From IMG/VR virus record IMGVR_UViG_3300020045_008887, positions 1 through 45,162 of that record: a stretch of 45,162 nt of DNA. One strand, written 5' to 3'. Numbering within the stretch: position 1 is the stretch's first letter; every line of letters starts with the position of its first letter. This document shows positions 9,215 to 16,889 of this stretch, piece by piece. Both the position numbers and the translations under genes were made by a program. The notes beneath the pieces were generated by a model that saw only the letters and a program-made list of their open reading frames with translations, was not told where the DNA came from and made no database searches. Source of the DNA: a virus (taxonomy: Duplodnaviria > Caudoviricetes).

Positions 9215-10897
9215 TTAATTTTTAATTATAAGCCTTTGAATTGCGGTCAAAGTCTTTATTATCCTCAATTTTGATATTGAAACCAAGGCATCCAATCCGG
9301 CAAAATTATATTTTCCATAAGGCAAAACAGCCTGATCGGTAAAAGGAAAATCATATTTATTCAATAAACTTTTAATTGCACCACTTCCTGGAGCATAATA
9401 TGCCTCTTTTGTATACCCAGAAATAGTCAAATCATTATTTCCTGACACATTGATGTATTTATCGTTCACTGAATCATAATATACCGTGACCCCTTTTGTC
9501 AAATTAACCGGTTCATTATAATCACAGGTTTCGGCCCAAAATGTTGACTCGGTAATCCCAGTCATAGTACCATTATTTGCGTTGATATACCCATACCCTT
9601 TTACCCCATTCCGGTGGTTTAAAGGCCATCGGTCAACAATTGTCAACCCAGTTAGGCTTGTATACCTCAAATCGGTATATACGGCATTTTTTACGATCAA
9701 TAAATCCGTTATTTGCATTGCACCAAACACGGAAGCATTATTCCGGCTTGCCAAATGTAATTTTAAATTCGCTAAATTAGATGAAACTACTTCCTGGTAG
9801 GTAGTATCTTGAACCCCCACGCTTACAAAATCAACAAATAACGTCAATTGAGGGTTAGCTGTAGCATCCCTATTGATGACTAATTGAATGTAATGCCATT
9901 TTCCATCGCAAACATTTGTGTTATAATATACTTGGTTTGAACCGGTTGCACTTTTTACCCAAAAGTTTATTTTTGAACCAGTTGGGTTATTTGAGTTGAA
10001 TGCACATAATATGTCACCTGTCACCGAATAGTTAGTGCCGATTTCTAATCCTACAAAAGTGCTTGTTTGACTACTTTTAAACCAAAATCCGATAGTTAAT
10101 TTATTTGTATCAGCCAAGGTGATAGCGTTATCAGTTCTGAAGCAATCATCCGTGCCTTGAAAATTAGCAACAGTATTATTTGTGATAATTGCATTATAAA
10201 TGCCTTCTAATCCACTTAATGTTTGTAAAGCTAAATTTGCGAGTGGATAATAATCTTTCGGGTGCACCCCATCACTTGTATAAGTAGCCGGCACTTGCCA
10301 TTCGGGTATTGAATGCAGGTCAATATAACCGTGGGCAAATGTTTTATAATTATCTAAAATTAAAGCATTTACTGCTACATTATTCGTTTCAACGGCATGA
10401 TTGACTAAATTAGCAGTGCCCACTATAACGGTAGCCCCTTTACTTTTGCACCATAATCCAATATCCCTTATATTATTGTACACCTGGGTAACCGTTTTTC
10501 CAGCTCCTAGGTCGTTTAGATTTTCAAAATAAATTACATAATTTTTTTTTGTTTCCGAAAAAGAAGGAAGTACTTCAGCATCAAGCCCAGCCAATATAGC
10601 TGTACCTGTTTTGCTGTTTACCCCCAAATTAACGACCGTACACCCACTTCCTAAGTATGTTTGTAAAATTGTCGGATAAGATGGGGTTGTTGGACTGCCA
10701 AAAGTACCTAAAGTGATGGAATTTCCTACGCAAATGATATTTAGGTCGGTTGGTTCGATCAAACCAGCACCCTTAAACCCCCAATGTCCGTTCGAATATA
10801 CTGGGGCAGTCGAAAAAACATCCATAAGTTTTTTTAACCCATACGAACTTCCCCCTCCTAATTTGCCAAAATTGTTTAACCCTAAAAATCCAAACAT
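9215..10897 (-). CDS. SGNH/GDSL esterase fused to a ConA/laminin-G-like domain
   Basis: SGNH blocks VGNSIT, NLGVNS, NDL and DGVHP, then LamG-like LTIGFWFK, DGKWHYI and LTLFVD. Likely start is MFGFLG at 10897, after the promoter at 10914-10921. Confidence 0.8.
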   Translation of the reverse strand: MFGFLGLNNFGKLGGGSSYGLKKLMDVFSTAPVYSNGHWGFKGAGLIEPTDLNIICVGNSITLGTFGSPTTPSYPTILQTYLGSGCTVVNLGVNSKTGTAILAGLDAEVLPSFSETKKNYVIYFENLNDLGAGKTVTQVYNNIRDIGLWCKSKGATVIVGTANLVNHAVETNNVAVNALILDNYKTFAHGYIDLHSIPEWQVPATYTSDGVHPKDYYPLANLALQTLSGLEGIYNAIITNNTVANFQGTDDCFRTDNAITLADTNKLTIGFWFKSSQTSTFVGLEIGTNYSVTGDILCAFNSNNPTGSKINFWVKSATGSNQVYYNTNVCDGKWHYIQLVINRDATANPQLTLFVDFVSVGVQDTTYQEVVSSNLANLKLHLASRNNASVFGAMQITDLLIVKNAVYTDLRYTSLTGLTIVDRWPLNHRNGVKGYGYINANNGTMTGITESTFWAETCDYNEPVNLTKGVTVYYDSVNDKYINVSGNNDLTISGYTKEAYYAPGSGAIKSLLNKYDFPFTDQAVLPYGKYNFAGLDALVSISKLRIIKTLTAIQRLIIKN

Positions 10898-10950
10898 ATC
10901 CCTATATTTTAGGCAAATATAGCTTTTTTTAAATGATATACAAATAAAAA

Positions 10951-10971
10951 ACCCCTCTTTAATTGAGGGGT
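10951..10971 (-). terminator. Intrinsic terminator
   Basis: ACCCCTC...GAGGGGT stem followed by a T-tract on the minus strand. Confidence 0.65.
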
Positions 10972-10999
10972 CAGCCTTAGTATTTTTCAACTAAGGGAT

Positions 11000-11311
11000 T
11001 TAATCACATTCATTAATGATATTTTCAACCTCTAAAACATCAACATGTTCGTAATACCATTTACGAGCTTCTTTAATATCATATTTCTTTTCTTTTGCAA
11101 AAAGTTCAGCTGCACCTTCATTGGCTTGTGCGTTTGTTTTAGCAAACCACATCCAACCACAATCAGAGTTAATCCAACGGTAAGCGAATTTGTACCCAGC
11201 TTTTTTAATCGCCTGAAACCATTCTTTTGAACCTACTTCGATTTCACTTGAAATATTCAAACTTCCGCTTACTTCGTAGTAGTTTAAATTTAATACTGTA
11301 TTTGCTTTCAT
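11000..11311 (-). CDS. Hypothetical protein
   Basis: 103 aa ORF. Confidence 0.6.
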   Translation of the reverse strand: MKANTVLNLNYYEVSGSLNISSEIEVGSKEWFQAIKKAGYKFAYRWINSDCGWMWFAKTNAQANEGAAELFAKEKKYDIKEARKWYYEHVDVLEVENIINECD

Positions 11312-11333
11312 AGCTGTAATTTTTAGGTTTTAT

Positions 11334-11741
11334 TTAAAATTTTACTGATTTGATTATTTTAACAACCTCTGAATATTCACCAGCGGTCATATATTTTTTT
11401 GCTATTTTGCTTTCAGAAATTCCGAAATTACGGACCAAAAACTTAATGTCATATTCGCAAGAATCAGCTTTTGCGAATTTGAAATTCTGGCAATGTTGAA
11501 CAAAAGCGTAGGCTTTTAATTCGAATAAACTCTGTGGAGTTGCCTGTGCGTTTCCTGTTTCAATTGCGAAAATTTCAGCGAAAAACTTGTTTCCGTTTGC
11601 ATTTAAAAAATCAACAGAATCGGAACAAATAAAGGCTTCTTTTGAGGTCGTGTCGTTAACTAAATAATCAAGGTCGTTAGTATTGCGGTCACTTCCTAAG
11701 TTTTTTAAAGCCTGTCCTCCGATTAGTATTTTATTTTCCAT
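11334..11741 (-). CDS. Small nucleotidyltransferase-fold protein
   Basis: ILIGGQAL...G..R.TNDLDYL fits the Pol-beta superfamily GG...DxD signature. Confidence 0.65.
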   Translation of the reverse strand: MENKILIGGQALKNLGSDRNTNDLDYLVNDTTSKEAFICSDSVDFLNANGNKFFAEIFAIETGNAQATPQSLFELKAYAFVQHCQNFKFAKADSCEYDIKFLVRNFGISESKIAKKYMTAGEYSEVVKIIKSVKF

Positions 11742-11760
11742 TTTAGTTTTTGTTTGATTT

Positions 11761-11809
11761 CTTATGTAAATGTAGGTATAATATTTGAATTGGCAAATAT
11801 ATTAACCAA
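11761..11809 (-). promoter_or_regulatory. Repeated phage promoter with a 19-bp operator-like motif
   Basis: Minus strand TGGTTAATATATTTGCCAATTCAAA...TACATTTAC. Near-identical units at about 13436-13480 and 29382-29428. Confidence 0.65.
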
Positions 11810-11933
11810 TTATTTATATATTATTTATCTATAAGAATTGATTTTATATAGATTTTATCTATGAAAAAAGCCCCGGAAAACTGAGGGTTTTTTGGCCCGG
11901 GGCAGGAGTTGTAATTAACCAATTTTGAAGTAT

Positions 11934-12239
11934 TTATTTTGGAGTAGAATCATTAATCCAATACTTATTCATTATCAGCGCCGAATCAGCCTCCACGTCT
12001 ATTTCAAAAGGTGTTATTTTTTTGATCCTGGCATAATGCCTACCTTTTTGGTATCCGGCATTGTAGGCATCTTCAAATAACTCATATGATTGTTTTTTTG
12101 TCAAGCCCTGAATTATGTTATTTTTTTCAGGAGCTTGATAATTTTCACAACTTTTTATCATCAAAAAAGCCATAAAAAGCATCCAAAAAACTGTCAATAA
12201 TATTGTTATCGACAAAATAGGTACTTGTATTTTTTTCAT
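11934..12239 (-). CDS. Hypothetical membrane protein
   Basis: 101 aa with an N-terminal hydrophobic helix. Confidence 0.55.
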   Translation of the reverse strand: MKKIQVPILSITILLTVFWMLFMAFLMIKSCENYQAPEKNNIIQGLTKKQSYELFEDAYNAGYQKGRHYARIKKITPFEIDVEADSALIMNKYWINDSTPK

Positions 12240-12305
12240 ATTTTTTAAGTGTTAAATAGTTTAATTACTTAGTTATTAGTATTTTATCCGTATTTTAAAC
12301 GTTTA

Positions 12306-12395
12306 ATAATTTTTATACGGTTAAAACGCTTAACTGTCGTTTTTATCTCTGATTATGAAATAGTTAATAAAAACGTGCGTTTATTTGATAGTTAG
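12306..12395 (+). repeat. 90-bp repeat copy 1; candidate attI-like site heading the cassette array
   Basis: 86/90 identical to 27895-27984. Identity stops right after GTTAG (GTT at 12391), the first cassette boundary. Confidence 0.65.
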
Positions 12396-12401
12396 TGGCA
12401 A

Positions 12402-12710
12402 TTAAAAGCCACGATTAATCTGCTGTTCCATAATTCGCATTATTTCCTTTGTTAACCGTTCTGGAAACATAGATGATGTCCACGCTGCTCCAAATGATTC
12501 AGGAGCGTATTCGTGTAAATTTGATGATATTGCATCCATTATACTGTCATGTAATGGCGAATATTCTGAATCTCTTTTTTCATTAGACTCTCTCAAACCT
12601 TTATATTTATTAAGCAACCAATCTGGGGAAATAGGTTTGAAATGATTAACTTCCACTAACACACGGTTAGCGCAATTGCCGTTTTCGTGGGTATTTGAAG
12701 TTTCTTCCAT
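12402..12710 (-). CDS. Cassette 1 hypothetical protein
   Basis: Stop lies 11 nt from the GTT at 12391; start codon is inside attC1. Confidence 0.7.
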   Translation of the reverse strand: MEETSNTHENGNCANRVLVEVNHFKPISPDWLLNKYKGLRESNEKRDSEYSPLHDSIMDAISSNLHEYAPESFGAAWTSSMFPERLTKEIMRIMEQQINRGF

Positions 12711-12785
12711 TTTATTAAAGTATTTATAGTTTGATAAATTTGTGCTTTTAAGTCGGCAACTTCGCCAACCGTCACCGTTAACTGC
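12653..12785 (+). repeat. attC-like site 1
   Basis: CCACTAAC (complement of GTTAGTGG at 12391); arms CGGTTAGCGCAATTGCCG / CGGCAACTTCGCCAACCG; next core GTTAACTGC at 12777. Confidence 0.8.
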
Positions 12786-12789
12786 AAGG

Positions 12790-12963
12790 CTAAAGACCCG
12801 CTTCGTTATCAGTTCGTTTCTTAATTGTTTTATTCATTGCTTTTAATAAATCATCAATAAAAGGCTGATGAATCTTTGGTATTTTATTTTTGCGAACTGT
12901 TTGGCGTGAGCCGGAAAGCATCCGGCTCAATTCGCCCCAGTTTAAAAGTTCTTTAGCATCCAT
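12790..12963 (-). CDS. Cassette 2, 57-aa possible HTH protein
   Basis: Translated by hand: MDAKELLNWGELSRMLSGSRQTVRKNKIPK...; stop 13 nt from the GTT at 12777. Confidence 0.6.
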   Translation of the reverse strand: MDAKELLNWGELSRMLSGSRQTVRKNKIPKIHQPFIDDLLKAMNKTIKKRTDNEAGL

Positions 12964-13124
12964 TATTTTTTTGCTAAAATTGTGCGTTCTAAACTGTAAA
13001 TGTCATCTTCGTGTTCTACTTCTACGGCTTCAATAGCTGTTTCAGTTTCGTTTAAAATTTCAATGGCTTCGTTTGCGTTTTTTGCTTTAATGTAGCCGTC
13101 TGAGGTTGTTACATAGTGTTTCAT
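12963..13124 (-). CDS. Cassette 2, 53-aa acidic protein
   Basis: Translated by hand: MKHYVTTSDGYIKAKNANEAIEIL...; TAATG stop/start overlap with the next gene. Confidence 0.6.
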   Translation of the reverse strand: MKHYVTTSDGYIKAKNANEAIEILNETETAIEAVEVEHEDDIYSLERTILAKK

Positions 13125-13126
13125 AA

Positions 13127-13408
13127 TTAGATGGATTTATAAATTGTTTGGAAATTTTCACTTTTATTTTCAATCCAAAATTTAGCACTTGTTTGGGCTG
13201 ATAATTTTGCAATAATCATATCATATTGTGCTTTTACTTTTTCGTTATCCATTTTACCAGTAACCATGTTGCAAAGTCCTGAGATAACTTCTACAAAAAT
13301 ACTGGAAGCAAATTCAATTTGTTTTTCCGAGCCTTCAAAAGTTGGTATTTCAAATGAAAAAACTTCTTCGTTTGATTTGCCTAAGTTTGTTTTTACTGTT
13401 GTTTTCAT
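13127..13408 (-). CDS. Cassette 2 hypothetical protein
   Basis: Likely start is MKTT at 13408, after the AAAAAAATACAACT leader; contains FEGSEKQIEFA...SAKFWIEN. Confidence 0.7.
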   Translation of the reverse strand: MKTTVKTNLGKSNEEVFSFEIPTFEGSEKQIEFASSIFVEVISGLCNMVTGKMDNEKVKAQYDMIIAKLSAQTSAKFWIENKSENFQTIYKSI

Positions 13409-13513
13409 AGTTGTATTTTTTTTAATTGTTTGATGATGTAAATGTACAACTATTTTTTGAATTGGCAATTATATTAACCATTTATTTTCATTCTTAATAA
13501 CAAATAAAGCCCA

Positions 13514-13613
13514 GCAGTTAACACGTTGTATACGTCGGTTTTGCTGGGTAATTCCGTGTAAATTGATAGTTGTGTGCAAGCAAAACCGAACGCATACAAC
13601 AACCGTTATAACC
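13514..13613 (+). repeat. attC-like site 2
   Basis: GCAGTTAAC (complement of GTTAACTGC); arms GTTGTATACGTCGGTTTTGCT / AGCAAAACCGAACGCATACAAC; next core GTTATAACC at 13605. Confidence 0.85.
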
Positions 13614-13617
13614 AACC

Positions 13618-14454
13618 TTAAAGACCGCACAGCCCATTGCATTCTTCTATTAATTCAGGGAATAAGCTCGGATACTGTGTAAAGTCAATTTCTCTAAGTG
13701 GTTTTAAGTGTTTAGATAAAAACGTTTGCCTTTTCAAATTTGGATAGTTGCGAATTGCATCATCAAAATTACAAGCCTTTTCAAACTCATTCGGGTATTG
13801 CTTTTTAAAAACTTTCCAATAATTATCAGAATGAAAAGGGCATATTAGGCAAGCACTTTTGCCGGGTTCCCTCATTTCATTTTCACGGAACCAGTTTATT
13901 ATTTGGTCAATCCGTATTCTATTTTCAATAAGCGGATAGTAGTTTTCAATATATTTCACGGTACTATCCTTTATTCGCTCTATTTCGTCAAGGCTTATGC
14001 CTATCCATAGTCGTATTTTATTACCATTTCGTATAGTTTGTAAGTGTTTTCTAAGCGGTGCAATTTTATAATCATTTGTGCATTGGCGCATAATTAAACC
14101 ACCATTACCCGAAAGCCTTAAAGGCAATGCAGCTACACGGCTTTTTTTGCCATCCAAATAATTTAAGGTATCATCAACTATGTTGCCTGCCGAAACAATC
14201 ACTATATCAAAGTTGTATTTGTTTTTAACGTAATCTTTTAGCCATGTTACATAAGAGTAAACATAGTCAGGTTCACAACCAGTGTCACTGAATATTGCTA
14301 AATCAGGCTTGAATTTATAAGCACCTTCCAAAGCTGTTAATAGCATATAGCTACTTTGTTTACCAGCACCCAAAGAAATGACATTAATAAAAGGCTGGTT
14401 ATAACACGTGCTATATGCCAGTTGGGTTTTATCGGTATTTGAATCGTTCTGCAT
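13618..14454 (-). CDS. Cassette 3, PAPS reductase-like / PP-loop (adenine nucleotide alpha-hydrolase) protein
   Basis: SLGAGKQSS, FSDTGCE, RQCTNDYKI and KSACLICPFHS motifs, C-terminal ECNGLC; start codon is inside attC3. Confidence 0.8.
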   Translation of the reverse strand: MQNDSNTDKTQLAYSTCYNQPFINVISLGAGKQSSYMLLTALEGAYKFKPDLAIFSDTGCEPDYVYSYVTWLKDYVKNKYNFDIVIVSAGNIVDDTLNYLDGKKSRVAALPLRLSGNGGLIMRQCTNDYKIAPLRKHLQTIRNGNKIRLWIGISLDEIERIKDSTVKYIENYYPLIENRIRIDQIINWFRENEMREPGKSACLICPFHSDNYWKVFKKQYPNEFEKACNFDDAIRNYPNLKRQTFLSKHLKPLREIDFTQYPSLFPELIEECNGLCGL

Positions 14455-14531
14455 CTAATTTAGTTTAAGTGTAATTTGATAGGGCGGTGCTCTGTAATCC
14501 CAACCGGACACATAGCACCACCGTTATACGC
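14396..14531 (+). repeat. attC-like site 3
   Basis: TGGTTATAAC (complement of GTTATAACCA); arms GTGCTATATGCCAGTTGGG / CCCAACCGGACACATAGCAC; next core GTTATACGC at 14523. Confidence 0.85.
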
Positions 14532-14533
14532 AA

Positions 14534-14854
14534 TTAAGATTCTGCCAACTTTGAGATAGTTGCGATATAAGTTTCATTACATCTCGTTCTTTGGTTTTGC
14601 CAGTCGATAAACTTTTCCATAAGGTTATTATTTCCTGTACTTGAAATCATTTCTACAAGTTCGGATTCAATTTTCGATAACCTTTCAACTTGCTTTTTAT
14701 GTATTTCAATTTTAGTTTGAATTAGCTTTTCGTTCATAATTTTATTTGTTACTTTTTTACGGTGTTTTTTGAAATATCCATCTTGTGTTACCCAATCAGG
14801 GTCTTCAACTAAAATGGTATTCCCATTTCCGTCTGTTTTCTCAATCATTCTCAT
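14534..14854 (-). CDS. Cassette 4 hypothetical protein
   Basis: Stop 11 nt from the GTT at 14523. Confidence 0.65.
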   Translation of the reverse strand: MRMIEKTDGNGNTILVEDPDWVTQDGYFKKHRKKVTNKIMNEKLIQTKIEIHKKQVERLSKIESELVEMISSTGNNNLMEKFIDWQNQRTRCNETYIATISKLAES

Positions 14855-14884
14855 ATAGTTCCGATTAAAAAATTAATAATAAAA

Positions 14885-14909
14885 GCGTATACCACCATCG
14901 TTGGGCGCA
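14885..14909 (+). repeat. Collapsed attC-like site 4
   Basis: GCGTATA (partial complement of GTTATACGC) followed only 8 nt later by the core GTTGGGCGCA at 14900. Confidence 0.65.
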
Positions 14910-14911
14910 AC

Positions 14912-15112
14912 TTAAGCAAACTGCGAACCTTGCACCCATTTAGCTTTACATTGCTGTTTTAATTTATCTTTGATTTTTTCTGAACGATTCCAGTATTGCG
15001 ATTTATTACCAAAATACCATCCTTCTTCTTCGTTTTGATTTATCAAAGTTAAAATGTGAGCAATCTCACAATCTGTTAATGTTATAGTTTCTAATTTTAT
15101 CCTTCTACCCAT
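14912..15112 (-). CDS. Cassette 5 hypothetical protein
   Basis: 66 aa; stop 12 nt from the GTT at 14900. Confidence 0.6.
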   Translation of the reverse strand: MGRRIKLETITLTDCEIAHILTLINQNEEEGWYFGNKSQYWNRSEKIKDKLKQQCKAKWVQGSQFA

Positions 15113-15363
15113 CTATGTAATGTAAATTCAAGCCATTCGGCAGTTAGTTCGTTTTGGCGATTTTTAATATAAACAAGTTCCCAACCTTCACGTATTAATT
15201 CATTGAGCATATCCATTCTATTCCCGTCACGTTCGGGTAATATGCTTATTCTTGTAGTCATTAAGCATCCAACACTTTTTTCTCGATTGTGGTATTGCTT
15301 ACAAAATAAACTGCGCCCAACAACAGGTATATTCAATTGCGGTTTTTGCTTGTTATTGTTCAT
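15097..15363 (-). CDS. Cassette 5 hypothetical protein
   Basis: 88 aa; start is inside attC5 and the N-terminus KPQLNIPVVGRS is encoded by the attC arm. Confidence 0.6.
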   Translation of the reverse strand: MNNNKQKPQLNIPVVGRSLFCKQYHNREKSVGCLMTTRISILPERDGNRMDMLNELIREGWELVYIKNRQNELTAEWLEFTLHRWVEG

Positions 15364-15449
15364 TTTTATCTCGTATTTAAGTTATTACTGTTTGAAAATT
15401 TGGCGCTTCGTAGTCCGCAACTGAAATATACCTGCGGACGTTGTGTGCA
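15312..15449 (+). repeat. attC-like site 5
   Basis: TGCGCCCAAC (complement of GTTGGGCGCA); arms CAGGTATATTCAATTGCGG / CCGCAACTGAAATATACCTG; next core GTTGTGTGCA at 15440. Confidence 0.85.
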
Positions 15450-15492
15450 ATAGCCTTTTTTCGTAGCAAAGTTACTGCTTAATAAACCTTTT

Positions 15493-15657
15493 TTATTTAA
15501 TTTTTTGCCCACGCTCTTTGGTTTTTGCAAAACCATTTTGGATTAAAATCTGAATGTATCCGGAAAGGTTTTCCTTCCCGAATACTTCAATACTATCTTT
15601 TTTAGCTTTATCCTGTTGTTCTTGGGTAAGGCTTACAGTCACCTTCTTAGTCTTCAT
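15493..15657 (-). CDS. Cassette 6, 54-aa ribbon-helix-helix-like protein
   Basis: Translated by hand: MKTKKVTVSLTQEQQDKAKKDSIEVFGKENLSGYIQILIQ..., a strand-helix-helix pattern like CopG/Arc. Confidence 0.55.
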   Translation of the reverse strand: MKTKKVTVSLTQEQQDKAKKDSIEVFGKENLSGYIQILIQNGFAKTKERGQKIK

Positions 15658-16027
15658 CGTTTGGTTTGTAGCTCAACAATTCGTCTGGAGTTCCTTCAAA
15701 ATCATCAACCTTTATAATCAACTTATTGTCAATAAAGCGAACCTCGTAGTTATACTCCTGCTCATTATCTTTAGTTGTTAAATAAAACCCTCCAATTTTG
15801 GTCTTTTTTTCAGCCACATACTGCGCTGCCAAACACCCCATACCATTAGCAAAACCATCCTTCATTGTTTGTTTACCAATCCCATTAATTATTGTTTTGC
15901 CTTTTAAAAAGTTAGCTAAATCATGCCCAACGCCATCAATATAGCCATCAAATTGTTGGTACACACTTAAAATTGGTTCTTCTTTTTCAAATTCATTATA
16001 GAATTTAACAGTACTTCTTGTTCCCAT
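15647..16027 (-). CDS. Cassette 6 phage hypothetical protein
   Basis: MGTRS...YQQFDGY..GVG..L...NGMGCLAAQ; own promoter TATATTTG at 16066-16073. Confidence 0.75.
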   Translation of the reverse strand: MGTRSTVKFYNEFEKEEPILSVYQQFDGYIDGVGHDLANFLKGKTIINGIGKQTMKDGFANGMGCLAAQYVAEKKTKIGGFYLTTKDNEQEYNYEVRFIDNKLIIKVDDFEGTPDELLSYKPNDED

Positions 16028-16181
16028 TGTTTTAAAATTTAAGTTATTAATAATATTTATCGGTACAAATATAGTAAATACTTTTTAATTACAAACTATT
16101 TACTTATAAAAATAAAAATCCTCCCTAAAAAATTAAATAAAAAAGTGTTCGTACTTCGATTTAACAAAACTGGAAACTACA

Positions 16182-16260
16182 TGCACACAACACAGTATAA
16201 GTAAAAAAAACGTCTTGGTGCGTAATTGAAAGTATGTAGTTCTAATTAAGTTCATATCAT
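16182..16260 (+). repeat. Truncated attC-like site 6 (left half only)
   Basis: TGCACACAAC (complement of GTTGTGTGCA) followed by ACAGTATAAG and the internal AATTGAAAG motif; no matching right arm found. Confidence 0.6.
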
Positions 16261-16350
16261 TACTTGGCCAAGTGCCTTTTTGCCTTCAACAAGCTCTGCC
16301 GTTGAATTGGCTTCGATAATTTTATCAGTTATGCTTTCATATTAATTTTG

Positions 16351-16851
16351 TCAATTATTTTTAATTATACTATTTATTTTTTTTTGATCTGTCAATTTTC
16401 TTGATCTGTCAGGCATATTCCTGAATATTTCTAACCAATCAAGTTCTAATGTCTCTGTGTTTTTTATGTAAAATTTAATAGTAAAATGTTCACTATTTAT
16501 TTTTATTAGAGTGCTATTGTTAAATAGCTTTTCAACAGGTAATTTGTTTATTTCATTTATAAATTGACCCATTTCTTTTTCGAGCAGGTAATAATCGCAT
16601 TCGTTCAAAAATCCAGGTGTTTTAATTTTTAAGAATTTTCCTAAATTATACCCTGAATAAACACGAATGCCAAATTTTGAAAATATTGATCTTACTTCAC
16701 CACCCCAATCACTTATACCAAATGCGGTATCTTTTGTTACTGAAGTTTCTCCTTCTTCTATCAATTCTACAATTGAATTGTAGGCTGATGCTGAAATATC
16801 CAGTCGGTTTTCTTCGATATGATTTATGAGTTGAAATAATTTTGATTCCAT
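16351..16851 (-). CDS. Hypothetical protein
   Basis: 166 aa ORF. Confidence 0.6.
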   Translation of the reverse strand: MESKLFQLINHIEENRLDISASAYNSIVELIEEGETSVTKDTAFGISDWGGEVRSIFSKFGIRVYSGYNLGKFLKIKTPGFLNECDYYLLEKEMGQFINEINKLPVEKLFNNSTLIKINSEHFTIKFYIKNTETLELDWLEIFRNMPDRSRKLTDQKKINSIIKNN

Positions 16852-16865
16852 AAATATTATTTTTA

Positions 16866-16881
16866 TGTTCCACGTGGAACG
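16866..16881. promoter_or_regulatory. parS-like palindrome 3 (TGTTCCACGTGGAACG)
   Basis: Intergenic, between the tRNA-like RNA and the next ORF. Confidence 0.8.
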
Positions 16882-16889
16882 TTTTTTTG

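Larger units (their letters stand above)
12391..16260 (+). mobile_element. Integron-like array of six gene cassettes with no integrase (CALIN-like)
   Basis: Six segments each start with a GTT core and end with its reverse complement, followed by an imperfect hairpin leading to the next GTT. Confidence 0.85.

Noticed and set aside
13409-13468. Shared N-terminal peptide MPIQ...HQTIKKNTT in two ORFs (also 29355-29414)
   Set aside because: It is the translation of a repeated promoter/leader; the real starts are the downstream ATGs.
13569-13579. GTTGTGTGCAA inside attC2, identical to the cassette 6 core
   Set aside because: It coincides with the TTGAWA...GTGC motif common to the hairpin interiors, so it was not counted as a separate boundary.
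12391-16260. CRISPR array or plain terminators as an explanation for the hairpins
   Set aside because: The units are non-identical, separated by whole genes, lack U-tracts, and show cassette-specific GTT/AAC complementarity.
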